This document shows, one piece after another, positions 10,303-18,368 of a DNA stretch of 64,000 nt. The notes below the pieces were generated by a model that did no database searches, was not told the origin of the DNA, and saw nothing but the letters and a program-made list of their open reading frames with translations. The stretch covers positions 5,652 through 69,651 of the forward strand of contig JBMFNL010000003.1 in the NCBI GenBank assembly GCA_049970175.1, read 5' to 3'. This DNA comes from Chloroflexia bacterium. Its GTDB lineage: Bacteria; Chloroflexota; Chloroflexia; DTKN01. The position numbers were made by a program, and so were the translations under genes. How positions within the stretch are numbered: position 1 is the first letter of the stretch; the number at the start of each line of letters is the position of its first letter.

Positions 10303-10336
10303 CAGGTGCCTTCCCCTGAGGGCACCTGTTTTTGTT
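10303..10336 (+). terminator. Intrinsic terminator-like hairpin inside the 5' leader of the CoA-transferase operon
   Basis: CAGGTGCCTT-loop-AGGGCACCTG followed by TTTTTGTT. Confidence 0.7.
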
Positions 10337-10387
10337 GGGGCGACGAAGACGTGCCAAGGATGAGCGATTTGGACAGGAGGTAGTCCC

Positions 10388-11359
10388 ATGCAGGTCCTGG
10401 AATCGGGCATCGGCGAACTCTTACAACCCTACAGCATGGAGGAATTCCGCGAGTGGAACCGTACCCAGAAGGCCAGGGGATTCGTGGACAAACTGATGAG
10501 CGAGCAGGAGGCCATTGCCCGCTTCGTCCACGACGGCGACTACATCGGCAAAGAACTCTACGGTACCTGCCGGGCCCCGATGTCGCTGGCGCGGGAACTG
10601 GTGCGCCAGGGGAAGAAGCATCTGCGGGCCGTCGGGCAGGGGGTGCTGGAACTGGACCTGTGGGTGGCGGCCGGCCTGATCGACGCCATGGACATTACCT
10701 ACCACGGCCTGGAGGTCTACGGCGTTTCCTACGCCCTGCGCCGGGCGGCCGAGAGCGGGAGATTGAAGTTGGTCGAGTGGAGCAACGGGGCCATCACCTG
10801 GCGGATGAAGGCGGCGGCCATGGGGGTGCCCTTTATCCCGGTCAAGTCCATGCTGGGCTCCGATACCTTCCGCTACAGTGCGGCCAAGGTGGTGGAGTGC
10901 CCCTTCACCGGGGAGAAGGTCTGCCTCCTGCCGGCCCTGGTGCTGGATGTGGCCCTCATCCACGTCCATCGGGCCGATCGCTACGGAAACGCCCAGATCG
11001 AGGGCATCTCGGGCTTTGCCTTCGAGATGGCCCGGGCGGCCAAGCGGGTGATCGTGAGCGCCGAGGAGATCGTGGACACCGAGGAGATTCGCCGGTATCC
11101 TGACCGCACCATCATCCCCTACTACCTGGTGGATGCCGTGGTGCATGCTCCCTTCGGCTCCCATCCGGGGGAGATGGTCTATATGTACGAGCGCGACGAG
11201 GAGCACATCCGCGACTATGTGCAGGCCTCCCAGACGGAAGAAGGAATGAAGGCGTACCTGGACCGCTACGTCTACGGCGTACGAAATCACCAGGAGTACC
11301 TGGAACTCATCGGCACGGAACGGCTGGAATATCTCAAGCGCACCTGTGTCGGGAGGTAA
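10388..11359 (+). CDS. gctA: Family I CoA-transferase subunit A (glutaconate CoA-transferase-like)
   Basis: RBS AGGAGG. Motifs KAAAMGVPFIP, CPFTGE, DVALIHVHRADRYGN, VDAVVHAPFGSHP. Confidence 0.85.
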   Translation: MQVLESGIGELLQPYSMEEFREWNRTQKARGFVDKLMSEQEAIARFVHDGDYIGKELYGTCRAPMSLARELVRQGKKHLRAVGQGVLELDLWVAAGLIDAMDITYHGLEVYGVSYALRRAAESGRLKLVEWSNGAITWRMKAAAMGVPFIPVKSMLGSDTFRYSAAKVVECPFTGEKVCLLPALVLDVALIHVHRADRYGNAQIEGISGFAFEMARAAKRVIVSAEEIVDTEEIRRYPDRTIIPYYLVDAVVHAPFGSHPGEMVYMYERDEEHIRDYVQASQTEEGMKAYLDRYVYGVRNHQEYLELIGTERLEYLKRTCVGR

Positions 11360-11362
11360 GCG

Positions 11363-12124
11363 ATGGAGTACAACCGCACCGAACTCTTGATCTGCAGCGC
11401 GGCCCGGCTGATGGAAGACAACTGCACGGCCTTTATCGGCACGGGCATCCCGATGCTGGCGGCCTCGCTGGCCCAGAAACTCTATGCCCCCAACCTGATA
11501 CCGGTCTTTGAGTTCGGGGGAACGGGGGCACTCCTGGTGCGCCTGCCGCGGGCGGTGGGCGAATCGCGCACCTTTTACCGGGCGGTGGCCGCCTCCGGCA
11601 TCTGCGACATCATCGAGACGGCCCAGCGCGGCTTTGTGGATTACGGCTTCCTGGGCGGGGCCCAGATCGACCCCTACGGCAATTTGAACTCGACCTGTAT
11701 CGGCGGGGACCACGACCACCCCAAGGTGCGGCTGCCGGGAAGCGGCGGGGGCAACGATGTGGGCAGCCACTGCTGGCGGACGATCATTCTCATGCAACAT
11801 GAGAGGCGGCGGTTCCTCCCCAAGGTGGATTTCATCACCACGCCGGGGTATCTGACCGGGCCAGGGGCGCGGGAAGCGGCCGGCCTGCCCCGGGGGACGG
11901 GCCCCTACCGGGTGGTCACCAGCCTGGCCATCCTGGGCTTTCACCCGGAGAGCAAACGCATGATGCTCCTGAAGGTGCAGCCCGGCGTGACGGTGGAGCA
12001 GGTGGTGGAGAACACCGGCTTTGAACTGATCATCCCCGACGATGTGGAAGAGAACGAACCGCCGACGGAGGAGGAACTGCGCGTGTTGCGGGAAGAGGTG
12101 GACCCGGAGCATATCTACATATGA
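11363..12124 (+). CDS. gctB: Family I CoA-transferase subunit B
   Basis: FIGTGIP, putative catalytic Glu in VFEFG, GGAQIDPYGNLNST, RLPGSGGGND, ENTGFEL. Confidence 0.85.
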   Translation: MEYNRTELLICSAARLMEDNCTAFIGTGIPMLAASLAQKLYAPNLIPVFEFGGTGALLVRLPRAVGESRTFYRAVAASGICDIIETAQRGFVDYGFLGGAQIDPYGNLNSTCIGGDHDHPKVRLPGSGGGNDVGSHCWRTIILMQHERRRFLPKVDFITTPGYLTGPGAREAAGLPRGTGPYRVVTSLAILGFHPESKRMMLLKVQPGVTVEQVVENTGFELIIPDDVEENEPPTEEELRVLREEVDPEHIYI

Positions 12125-12909
12125 CCTCCATCTCGTTCGACCGGGCGGCCTCGTTCTACGACCGCACGCGGGGTTTTCCGCCCGGGGTGGAAAAAGAGGT
12201 GGCCGGAGTGCTCTGCCGGCAGGCCGGCCTGAGGGAGGGCGATCGCCTGCTGGAACTGGGCGTGGGAACCGGCCGGCTGGCCCTGCCGCTGGCGGAGGCG
12301 GGCCTGACCGTCTTCGGGGTGGACCTCTCCTGGAAGATGCTGGAGGTATTGCGGAGGAAGGATGCGTCGCGCCGAGTGCACGTCGTCCAGGGGGACATCA
12401 CCGCCCTGCCCTTTTCTCCGGCCTCCTTCGATGCCGTCTTGGCCGTGCATGTCCTGCATCTGGTGGGCGACTGGCGGACGGCGCTGGCGGAGGCGGTGCC
12501 AGCCCTGCGCCCGGGTGGATGCTTCCTCCTGGGATGGGGAGAACGCCGCGAGGACAGCCCGACCTGGCAGGTGCGGACGGCCTGGAGGGAGATCGTCCGC
12601 TGCCTGGGAGGGACGACCGAAGGGCCGGGCGAACGGGAAAGCGAGCGGATCATCGCCGCCCTGGAGGCCATGGGGCTGCAGCGGGAAGAGGTCCGGGAGG
12701 CAGCCCGCTGGACGGTGTGCGTTTCCCCGGCCGGTGCCGTGCAGACCATCGCGGAGCGCATTTTCTCCGAGACCTGGTTCTTGCCGGATCGGTTGCATGA
12801 AGAGGCGCTGGAACGGTTGCGGGACTGGGTCGGCCGGCACTATGCCGAGCCCGAGGTGCCGGTGACGACGGAAGAGGTGTTTCAGGTCGCAGTACTGCGC
12901 CGGGAATAA
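12121..12909 (+). CDS. Class I SAM-dependent methyltransferase
   Basis: LLELGVGTG, GVDLS, GDITALPF...FDAV. ATGA overlap with gctB. Confidence 0.85.
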   Translation: MTSISFDRAASFYDRTRGFPPGVEKEVAGVLCRQAGLREGDRLLELGVGTGRLALPLAEAGLTVFGVDLSWKMLEVLRRKDASRRVHVVQGDITALPFSPASFDAVLAVHVLHLVGDWRTALAEAVPALRPGGCFLLGWGERREDSPTWQVRTAWREIVRCLGGTTEGPGERESERIIAALEAMGLQREEVREAARWTVCVSPAGAVQTIAERIFSETWFLPDRLHEEALERLRDWVGRHYAEPEVPVTTEEVFQVAVLRRE

Positions 12910-12951
12910 ATGGGCCGGTGTCCAACCGGGTGCCGGCCTGAGGAGGATGTT

Positions 12952-14067
12952 GTGGACCTGGAATCTTGGCTGCCCACGGACATTCTGTTATTCCTGGTGT
13001 TCTCCCTGGCCTTTGGCCTGGAAATCGTCCGTTGGTTCCGGCTACGCAGGTTTCACCTAAACCTGACCTGGACCGGAGGTTGGCGGTATGCCTATTACCT
13101 GTCCCGGCTGGCCCTGACGGCCGGCCTGGGGCCGGGGTTGGCGACCGCCCTGACCGGGGGAGTCACGCTGCTATGGAGGCATCTCCTGTCCCTACCTTCG
13201 CCCTATAACCTGTATACCGGCGGCCTCCTCTGGCTCGTGCTGGCCGGCGGCGTGGCCGGCCTGCTCTTTATCGCCTTGTCCAAGGTCTATGCGACGATGA
13301 GAGAGGTGATTCGGCCGTGGCTGTTCTGGACGGCCCTGGCCGCGATCTGCTTTGTCTTCGAGCCGCTCCGCTGGATTTTCGGGGGCACGCTTGTCCTCCT
13401 GGTGACCAGCGCCGTCGGCCGGAAGGTGCGCTTTACCGGCTGGCAGGACCTGGTCGACTGGCTTCGGGGGGCACCCGAGGAGGCCAAGTCCGCGGCAGAG
13501 CGCCTGGCGCAGCGACTCTACCGGCCTCGGCGTATCCGCATCGTGGTTCTGACCGAGGCGGAGGGATATCTGTCCTACCAAACAGGTGGGACCGAGGTCG
13601 GAGGCGACCAAGCCAAGCCGGACGCCCAACCGGTTACGCTCGAGGTCGCAGGCGACCAGGTTGAGCCGGACGGGAAAGTATCCCGGTTCATCCTGAATGC
13701 CGGCCGGCTGGAGACTCTGGTGGAGGCTGTCCAGCGGTTGGAGGAACGGGCCGATCTGCTGCAGGAAATTCCCCGGGTGATCGCCAGGAATGCGGAGAAG
13801 ATCGCCGAATATAAAAAGGGGATCGAACGGGAAGAGGGGGATCCCGAGGAGAAGAAGCGACGGGTAGAGGAATTCATTCGTCGTGAGGTATTCGAGGCAA
13901 CAGGGTTCGGCGAGCGGATGCGCTCCTTGCTTTACTGGCACTACGGCCTGCCGGAGGAGAAGGTGCAGGTCTCGGTAAGCCGGGCGCCCCGGGTGCGATT
14001 GGTGCCGCTCATTTCCTGGGCGGAGTATTTTGGGCTTTTTCTGGGGAAGGAGACCGGCGGATGGTAG
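12952..14067 (+). CDS. Hypothetical membrane protein (several N-terminal TM helices, charged C-terminal domain)
   Basis: GTG start after GAGGAGG. Hydrophobic N-terminal half, coiled-coil-like C-terminal half. No family recognised. Confidence 0.7.
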   Translation: MDLESWLPTDILLFLVFSLAFGLEIVRWFRLRRFHLNLTWTGGWRYAYYLSRLALTAGLGPGLATALTGGVTLLWRHLLSLPSPYNLYTGGLLWLVLAGGVAGLLFIALSKVYATMREVIRPWLFWTALAAICFVFEPLRWIFGGTLVLLVTSAVGRKVRFTGWQDLVDWLRGAPEEAKSAAERLAQRLYRPRRIRIVVLTEAEGYLSYQTGGTEVGGDQAKPDAQPVTLEVAGDQVEPDGKVSRFILNAGRLETLVEAVQRLEERADLLQEIPRVIARNAEKIAEYKKGIEREEGDPEEKKRRVEEFIRREVFEATGFGERMRSLLYWHYGLPEEKVQVSVSRAPRVRLVPLISWAEYFGLFLGKETGGW

Positions 14068-14121
14068 CCTCCGCCAGGGCCGGTGTACCCCTGGGGAGGT
14101 GGACGGTCGTTCAGGGAACGG

Positions 14122-15999
14122 CTAGAATTGGGTCAGGCTGCCTTCGGCTCGGGCCTGCCGCAGGGCCAGGCGAAAGGCCAGCACCCCGGCCGGCAGGGTG
14201 AGGGCGGCAAAGAGGCCCAGCAGGGCCAGTTCCGTTCCCACCTGGAGGGAGCCGGCGCCCTGGAGGAGTGCCAGGCGTATGGCCCGCAGGGTATAAGTCA
14301 TCGGGAACAGGTAGGAGAGGGGCTGCAGCCAGGTCGGAAGGACGCCCACCGGGTAATAGATGCCGCTCAGGAGAGAGGAAAGGCCGCTCAGGACGAACTG
14401 GACCGGGTCGCCTCGCTTGGTTACCAGAATGAAGGCGGCGGAGAGGATGCCCAGGCCGCTGAAGGCCAGCAGGCTCAGGAGCAACACGAGCAAGGCCGTG
14501 CCCACGTTGGCCGGCCCCAGCGGGGCTCCGAACAGGGCCACCCCCATCCCCAGGTACAGCACCACCTGGCCCGAGGCCAGGAGAAAACTCCAGAGCGCCG
14601 AAGTCCCCAGAAAGGTTTCCAGACGGGTTGGCGTAACCAGGATGGCCTCCAGGGTTCCCTGCATCTGGCCGGAACGGATGGCCCCGGAGAAGGCATAGAG
14701 CCCCACCGCCTGGTAGCCGCCGAAAGCGATGCCGATGAGGACAAAGGCGAAATAGTTGCCTCCGTATTCGGAAAGGTACGGGGAAGCGGCCGGTCCGAGG
14801 AGGCGGGCCATAAAGTAGAAGGCGGCCACCGACAGCAGCATTCCCAGGAGTTGCAGGAGGGTAGCCAGGCGGTAGGTGACCTGGGTGAGCAGGTCGCGCC
14901 GCAAGAAGGCCAGCACCCGGCCGGCGGCGGCCTGGAGAGGGGGAAGGCGTGGAGGGGTGGGGGCACGGGGCCGGGGTTCGGCCGGCCGCGGACCTTCCAC
15001 CAGCAACGGGGCCGTCGTATTGTCCTCCATCGTCAACCGCTGGAAGACCTCCTCCAGGGGTGCGGGCTCCAGGCCGGCGTCCACGACCTCAATGCCCGAT
15101 TCCAAGAGCGGCCGCAGGAGGGCTTCGATCGGGACGGTATCCGGGAGTTCCACGGCCAGGCGGCGGCAGCCGGGGGGCGCGTCCGGACGTTCCTCCACCG
15201 GCCAGGGCCAGCCGGTCCAGGGCGGAGAGGAAAGGTGCGGCGGCAGGATCAGGGTGAGGAGGTAGCGCCGCCGAAAGCCCACGGCCGAGCGCAGGCCGGC
15301 CACCGGTGCGACGGCCCGCAGCCGGCCCCGGTGCATCACCGCCACCCGGTCGCAGAGGGCCTCGGCCTCGTCCAGGTGATGGGTGACCAGGAACACGGTG
15401 CAGCCGGAGCGGGCGATGCGACGGATGAGTTCGTGCAGGCGGGCCGTCGCCTCGGGGTCCAGGCTACGGGTCGGCTCATCCAGAAAGAGGACGGGTGGGG
15501 CGTGGAGCAGGGCGCGGGCCAGGTCCAGCCGGCGGCGCATGCCGGTGGAGAGCCGGTCGAAGCGTTCCTCCAGGGCCGGGCCCAGTTCCAGCGTTTCCTC
15601 CAGTTCGGCCAGGCGGGCGTCCACATAACTTCTGGCAAGTCCCTGGAGGGCTCCGAAGAAGCGCAGGTTCTCCCGTCCGCTCAGGCGCCAGTAGAAACTG
15701 CGTTCTTCCCCGCAGGCCAGGCCCACGTGGGCCTTGACGGCCTCCTCCTCGCCCAGGTCGTGGCCGCAGATCCAGGCCCGGCCGGAGGTGGGCAGGATGA
15801 GGGTGCAGAGGAGGCGTACCAGGGTGGACTTGCCGGCCCCATTCGGGCCGAGCAGGCCGAAGATTTCCCCTTCCTCCACCTCGAGGGAGACGTCGTCCAC
15901 GGCCAACACGCCGTCCCGGCGGGGGCGGACAAGGTCCCGCCAAGATGGAGGGGGCGGGAAACGTTTGGTGAGCCGGTCAGTCGCAATGGCCGGGGTCAG
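14122..15999 (-). CDS. Fused ABC transporter ATPase plus ABC-2 type permease
   Basis: Walker A GPNGAGKS, signature LSTGM, Walker B LFLDEP, H-loop VTH, then an ABC-2 TM domain (GTLEAIL..P, SGIYYP). Reading frame extends upstream of the listed GTG 15909 to a CTG at 15999 preceded by GGAGG. Confidence 0.85.
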   Translation of the reverse strand: MTPAIATDRLTKRFPPPPSWRDLVRPRRDGVLAVDDVSLEVEEGEIFGLLGPNGAGKSTLVRLLCTLILPTSGRAWICGHDLGEEEAVKAHVGLACGEERSFYWRLSGRENLRFFGALQGLARSYVDARLAELEETLELGPALEERFDRLSTGMRRRLDLARALLHAPPVLFLDEPTRSLDPEATARLHELIRRIARSGCTVFLVTHHLDEAEALCDRVAVMHRGRLRAVAPVAGLRSAVGFRRRYLLTLILPPHLSSPPWTGWPWPVEERPDAPPGCRRLAVELPDTVPIEALLRPLLESGIEVVDAGLEPAPLEEVFQRLTMEDNTTAPLLVEGPRPAEPRPRAPTPPRLPPLQAAAGRVLAFLRRDLLTQVTYRLATLLQLLGMLLSVAAFYFMARLLGPAASPYLSEYGGNYFAFVLIGIAFGGYQAVGLYAFSGAIRSGQMQGTLEAILVTPTRLETFLGTSALWSFLLASGQVVLYLGMGVALFGAPLGPANVGTALLVLLLSLLAFSGLGILSAAFILVTKRGDPVQFVLSGLSSLLSGIYYPVGVLPTWLQPLSYLFPMTYTLRAIRLALLQGAGSLQVGTELALLGLFAALTLPAGVLAFRLALRQARAEGSLTQF

Positions 16000-16020
16000 A
16001 GGAACCTCCGCTGGACCGTG

Positions 16021-16341
16021 CTAGGCCATCAACTGGGCCAGTTCGTGGGCTTCCAGGATGGGCATGAAGCGGGATAGTTCGACCATCTTGAAGATTTTGC
16101 GATGGTGTGGGCTGACATTGATGGCGTAGACGAGGTGTCCCCGCTTGCGGGCGGCGACGATGAACTTGAGCAGGCCGGAGATGCCGGCCGAGTTGATGAA
16201 CGCCACTTCGGAGAAATCCAGCACCGTGGTCTTGCGGCTGCGCCCGCAATATTCCTCGATCTCGCGGGCGGAGAGCGCGTCAATGCTGGGGGTTCGGATG
16301 TGGATGATGGCCACATTCCCGCGATCTTCCATCTGAATCAT
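16021..16341 (-). CDS. STAS-domain anti-sigma factor antagonist (RsbV/SpoIIAA-like)
   Basis: VLDFSEVAFINSAGI with the phosphoacceptor Ser, IFKMVEL. ATGA overlap with the upstream gene. Confidence 0.88.
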   Translation of the reverse strand: MIQMEDRGNVAIIHIRTPSIDALSAREIEEYCGRSRKTTVLDFSEVAFINSAGISGLLKFIVAARKRGHLVYAINVSPHHRKIFKMVELSRFMPILEAHELAQLMA

Positions 16342-16784
16342 GGCGTTTGCCTCCCGGAGTGTTCGTGAGGCTGGATGTGCAGCCACATCGTAAAGGTGTT
16401 TCCCTCCTCGCCGGAGGAAAATTCGACCCGGTCCACCAGTTGGTGGATGAGGAAGAGGCCCAGCCCGCGAAAGTCGCCCTGCTGGAGGGCTTCCTCGGTG
16501 AGTCCCTGGCGGCGAATCTCCAGGGGGCGGTCCAGCCGTCCCTGGTCGATCACCCGCACCACCAGTTGGTCGGCTTCCAGGGAGAAGACGATGCCGACGT
16601 GGACCTCACGTTGGAGGCGGTTGCCGTGCTCGATGGCGTTGGTTACCGCTTCGCTCACGGCCAGGGTCAGGTCGGCCACCTTCTCCTCGGAAAAGCCCAT
16701 CTGCCGGCCGATTTCCTGGGCGGCGGCCCGGACCACCCGTTCAAAGACCAGGTCGGAGGGGATGCGCATTTCCACCCGGTTCAT
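16338..16784 (-). CDS. Anti-sigma factor Ser/Thr kinase (RsbW/SpoIIAB-like)
   Basis: LAVSEAVTNAIEHG, VIDQG, RGLGLFLI...VD. Confidence 0.9.
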   Translation of the reverse strand: MNRVEMRIPSDLVFERVVRAAAQEIGRQMGFSEEKVADLTLAVSEAVTNAIEHGNRLQREVHVGIVFSLEADQLVVRVIDQGRLDRPLEIRRQGLTEEALQQGDFRGLGLFLIHQLVDRVEFSSGEEGNTFTMWLHIQPHEHSGRQTP

Positions 16785-16799
16785 CGGTTCCCTCCGGTT

Positions 16800-18320
16800 T
16801 CAGTATCCCAACACGCTGGTGGTGGCCCGCAACAGGCGGTCGTACTGTTGCAGGTAGGCCATGCCGACGGTGCTGTTGCCCAGTTGGAGATGGCAGGCCC
16901 CCAGGTAGTAGAGGGCCTGGGCGTGTTGGGGGTTGGCCTGCACCACCTTTTCAAAGCGGGGGATGGCCTGGGCCGGCTCGCCGGCCTCCTTGTAGGCCAG
17001 CCCGAGGAGGTAGTGCGTCTCCACATCGTCGGGCCAGTGTTTCAGGACGGCCTGGAATTCCTGGATAGCCTGACGGAAGCGGTTGCGCTTCAGGTGGATG
17101 ACCCCCATATCGTAGCGCAGGCTGACCAGTTGAGGGGCCAGTTCCAGGGCTTTTTTCCAGGCGTTCAGGGCCATCATTTCGTTGTTCATCGCCATGTACA
17201 GGCGCCCCAGGAGGTAGTAGGACTGGGCATTGCGGGGGTCCAGCCGGACGGCCCGCAGCAGGCACTTCAGGGCCGGAGCCGGCCGGCCCAGGATGACGAG
17301 GACCTTGCCCAGTTCCTGGAAGACGTCGGCGCTCTGCGGATATTGCTGGGCGCAACGGTAGAGCAACTGGTAGGCGCTCTGGGGCTGTTTCAGCAGACGG
17401 AAGACCCGGCTCATCTTGACGCAGGCGGCAACGTATTCGGGCGCCTTGGGAGAAATCTGGCGATACTCGGTCAGGGCCTCTTTCCAGCGTTTCTGGCGGG
17501 CCAGCAGGTTGCCCAGGAGGTAGCGGGCGCGATATTCCCGAGGCTTCCATTGCAGGAGGGCGCGGTAGATGCGCTCGGCCTCTTCCGGGTAGCCCTGCAC
17601 TTTGAGGTCTTCGGCCAGGCGGTAGTACCACTCCACGGCCTCCTGCTCGGAGCGGGTCTCCAGCCCTTCGCCGACCCTCTCCATCTTGAAGGTGGGCTCC
17701 ACCCGCAAGGCCTCGGCAAAGCACTTCTGGGCCAGTTCGTGGGCCCCGTGGGCCTGGTGCATCAGGCCGATGTAATAGAGCGGCTCGGCAGCATCGGGCC
17801 GGCAATCGTGGGCCGCCGTGTAGAAGATATAGGCGGCGCCGGGGTTGTCCAGGGCCTGGTAACAGCGTCCCAGGGCGAACTTGGCCTCGTAGAGGTCGGC
17901 GTTGTGCTTGAGCGCCTCCCGGAAGGCGTTGATGGCCTTTTCGATCTGGCCTTTGGCGGCGAAGGAGACGCCGATGTTGTAATGGGCCTCGGCCAGCGAG
18001 GGGTCGGTCTGTACCGCGTTGAGGTATTCGCGTAACGCCCCATCCCAGTCGTTGCGCAGCGCCATCGCGTTGCCGATGTAGAGGTAGATGATGGCCCGAT
18101 CCCGATCGGTGACCGGGACCTCGCTGGATTCTCCTTCCACATACGCAGCGAGCAGGGCCAGGCGGAACTCCTCGGCGGCCCGGGGGTAGTCGGCGTTCAG
18201 GTAGGCCTGCAACCCCTTGCTGAAAGCCGAGCCGGCCCGGGTGGCCTCCATAAAGCGCTCGCTTCCGGCGAAGGTGTCCAGGTCCAGGACGACCAGTTGG
18301 ATTTTTTCTTCATCGGCCAT
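16800..18320 (-). CDS. Tetratricopeptide repeat protein
   Basis: Repeated 34-aa TPR pattern (AEAHYNIG, AQSYYLLG, AQALYYLG) along most of its length. Confidence 0.9.
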   Translation of the reverse strand: MADEEKIQLVVLDLDTFAGSERFMEATRAGSAFSKGLQAYLNADYPRAAEEFRLALLAAYVEGESSEVPVTDRDRAIIYLYIGNAMALRNDWDGALREYLNAVQTDPSLAEAHYNIGVSFAAKGQIEKAINAFREALKHNADLYEAKFALGRCYQALDNPGAAYIFYTAAHDCRPDAAEPLYYIGLMHQAHGAHELAQKCFAEALRVEPTFKMERVGEGLETRSEQEAVEWYYRLAEDLKVQGYPEEAERIYRALLQWKPREYRARYLLGNLLARQKRWKEALTEYRQISPKAPEYVAACVKMSRVFRLLKQPQSAYQLLYRCAQQYPQSADVFQELGKVLVILGRPAPALKCLLRAVRLDPRNAQSYYLLGRLYMAMNNEMMALNAWKKALELAPQLVSLRYDMGVIHLKRNRFRQAIQEFQAVLKHWPDDVETHYLLGLAYKEAGEPAQAIPRFEKVVQANPQHAQALYYLGACHLQLGNSTVGMAYLQQYDRLLRATTSVLGY

Positions 18321-18333
18321 GGGTAACCATCCT

Positions 18334-18368
18334 GTTGCGTGTTGCGTGTTTCGTGTTGCGTATTACGT
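18334..18368. repeat. Heptamer tandem repeat (GTTGCGT) x5, imperfect
   Basis: gttgcgt gttgcgt gtttcgt gttgcgt attacgt. The last unit overlaps the PP2C stop codon. Confidence 0.85.
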
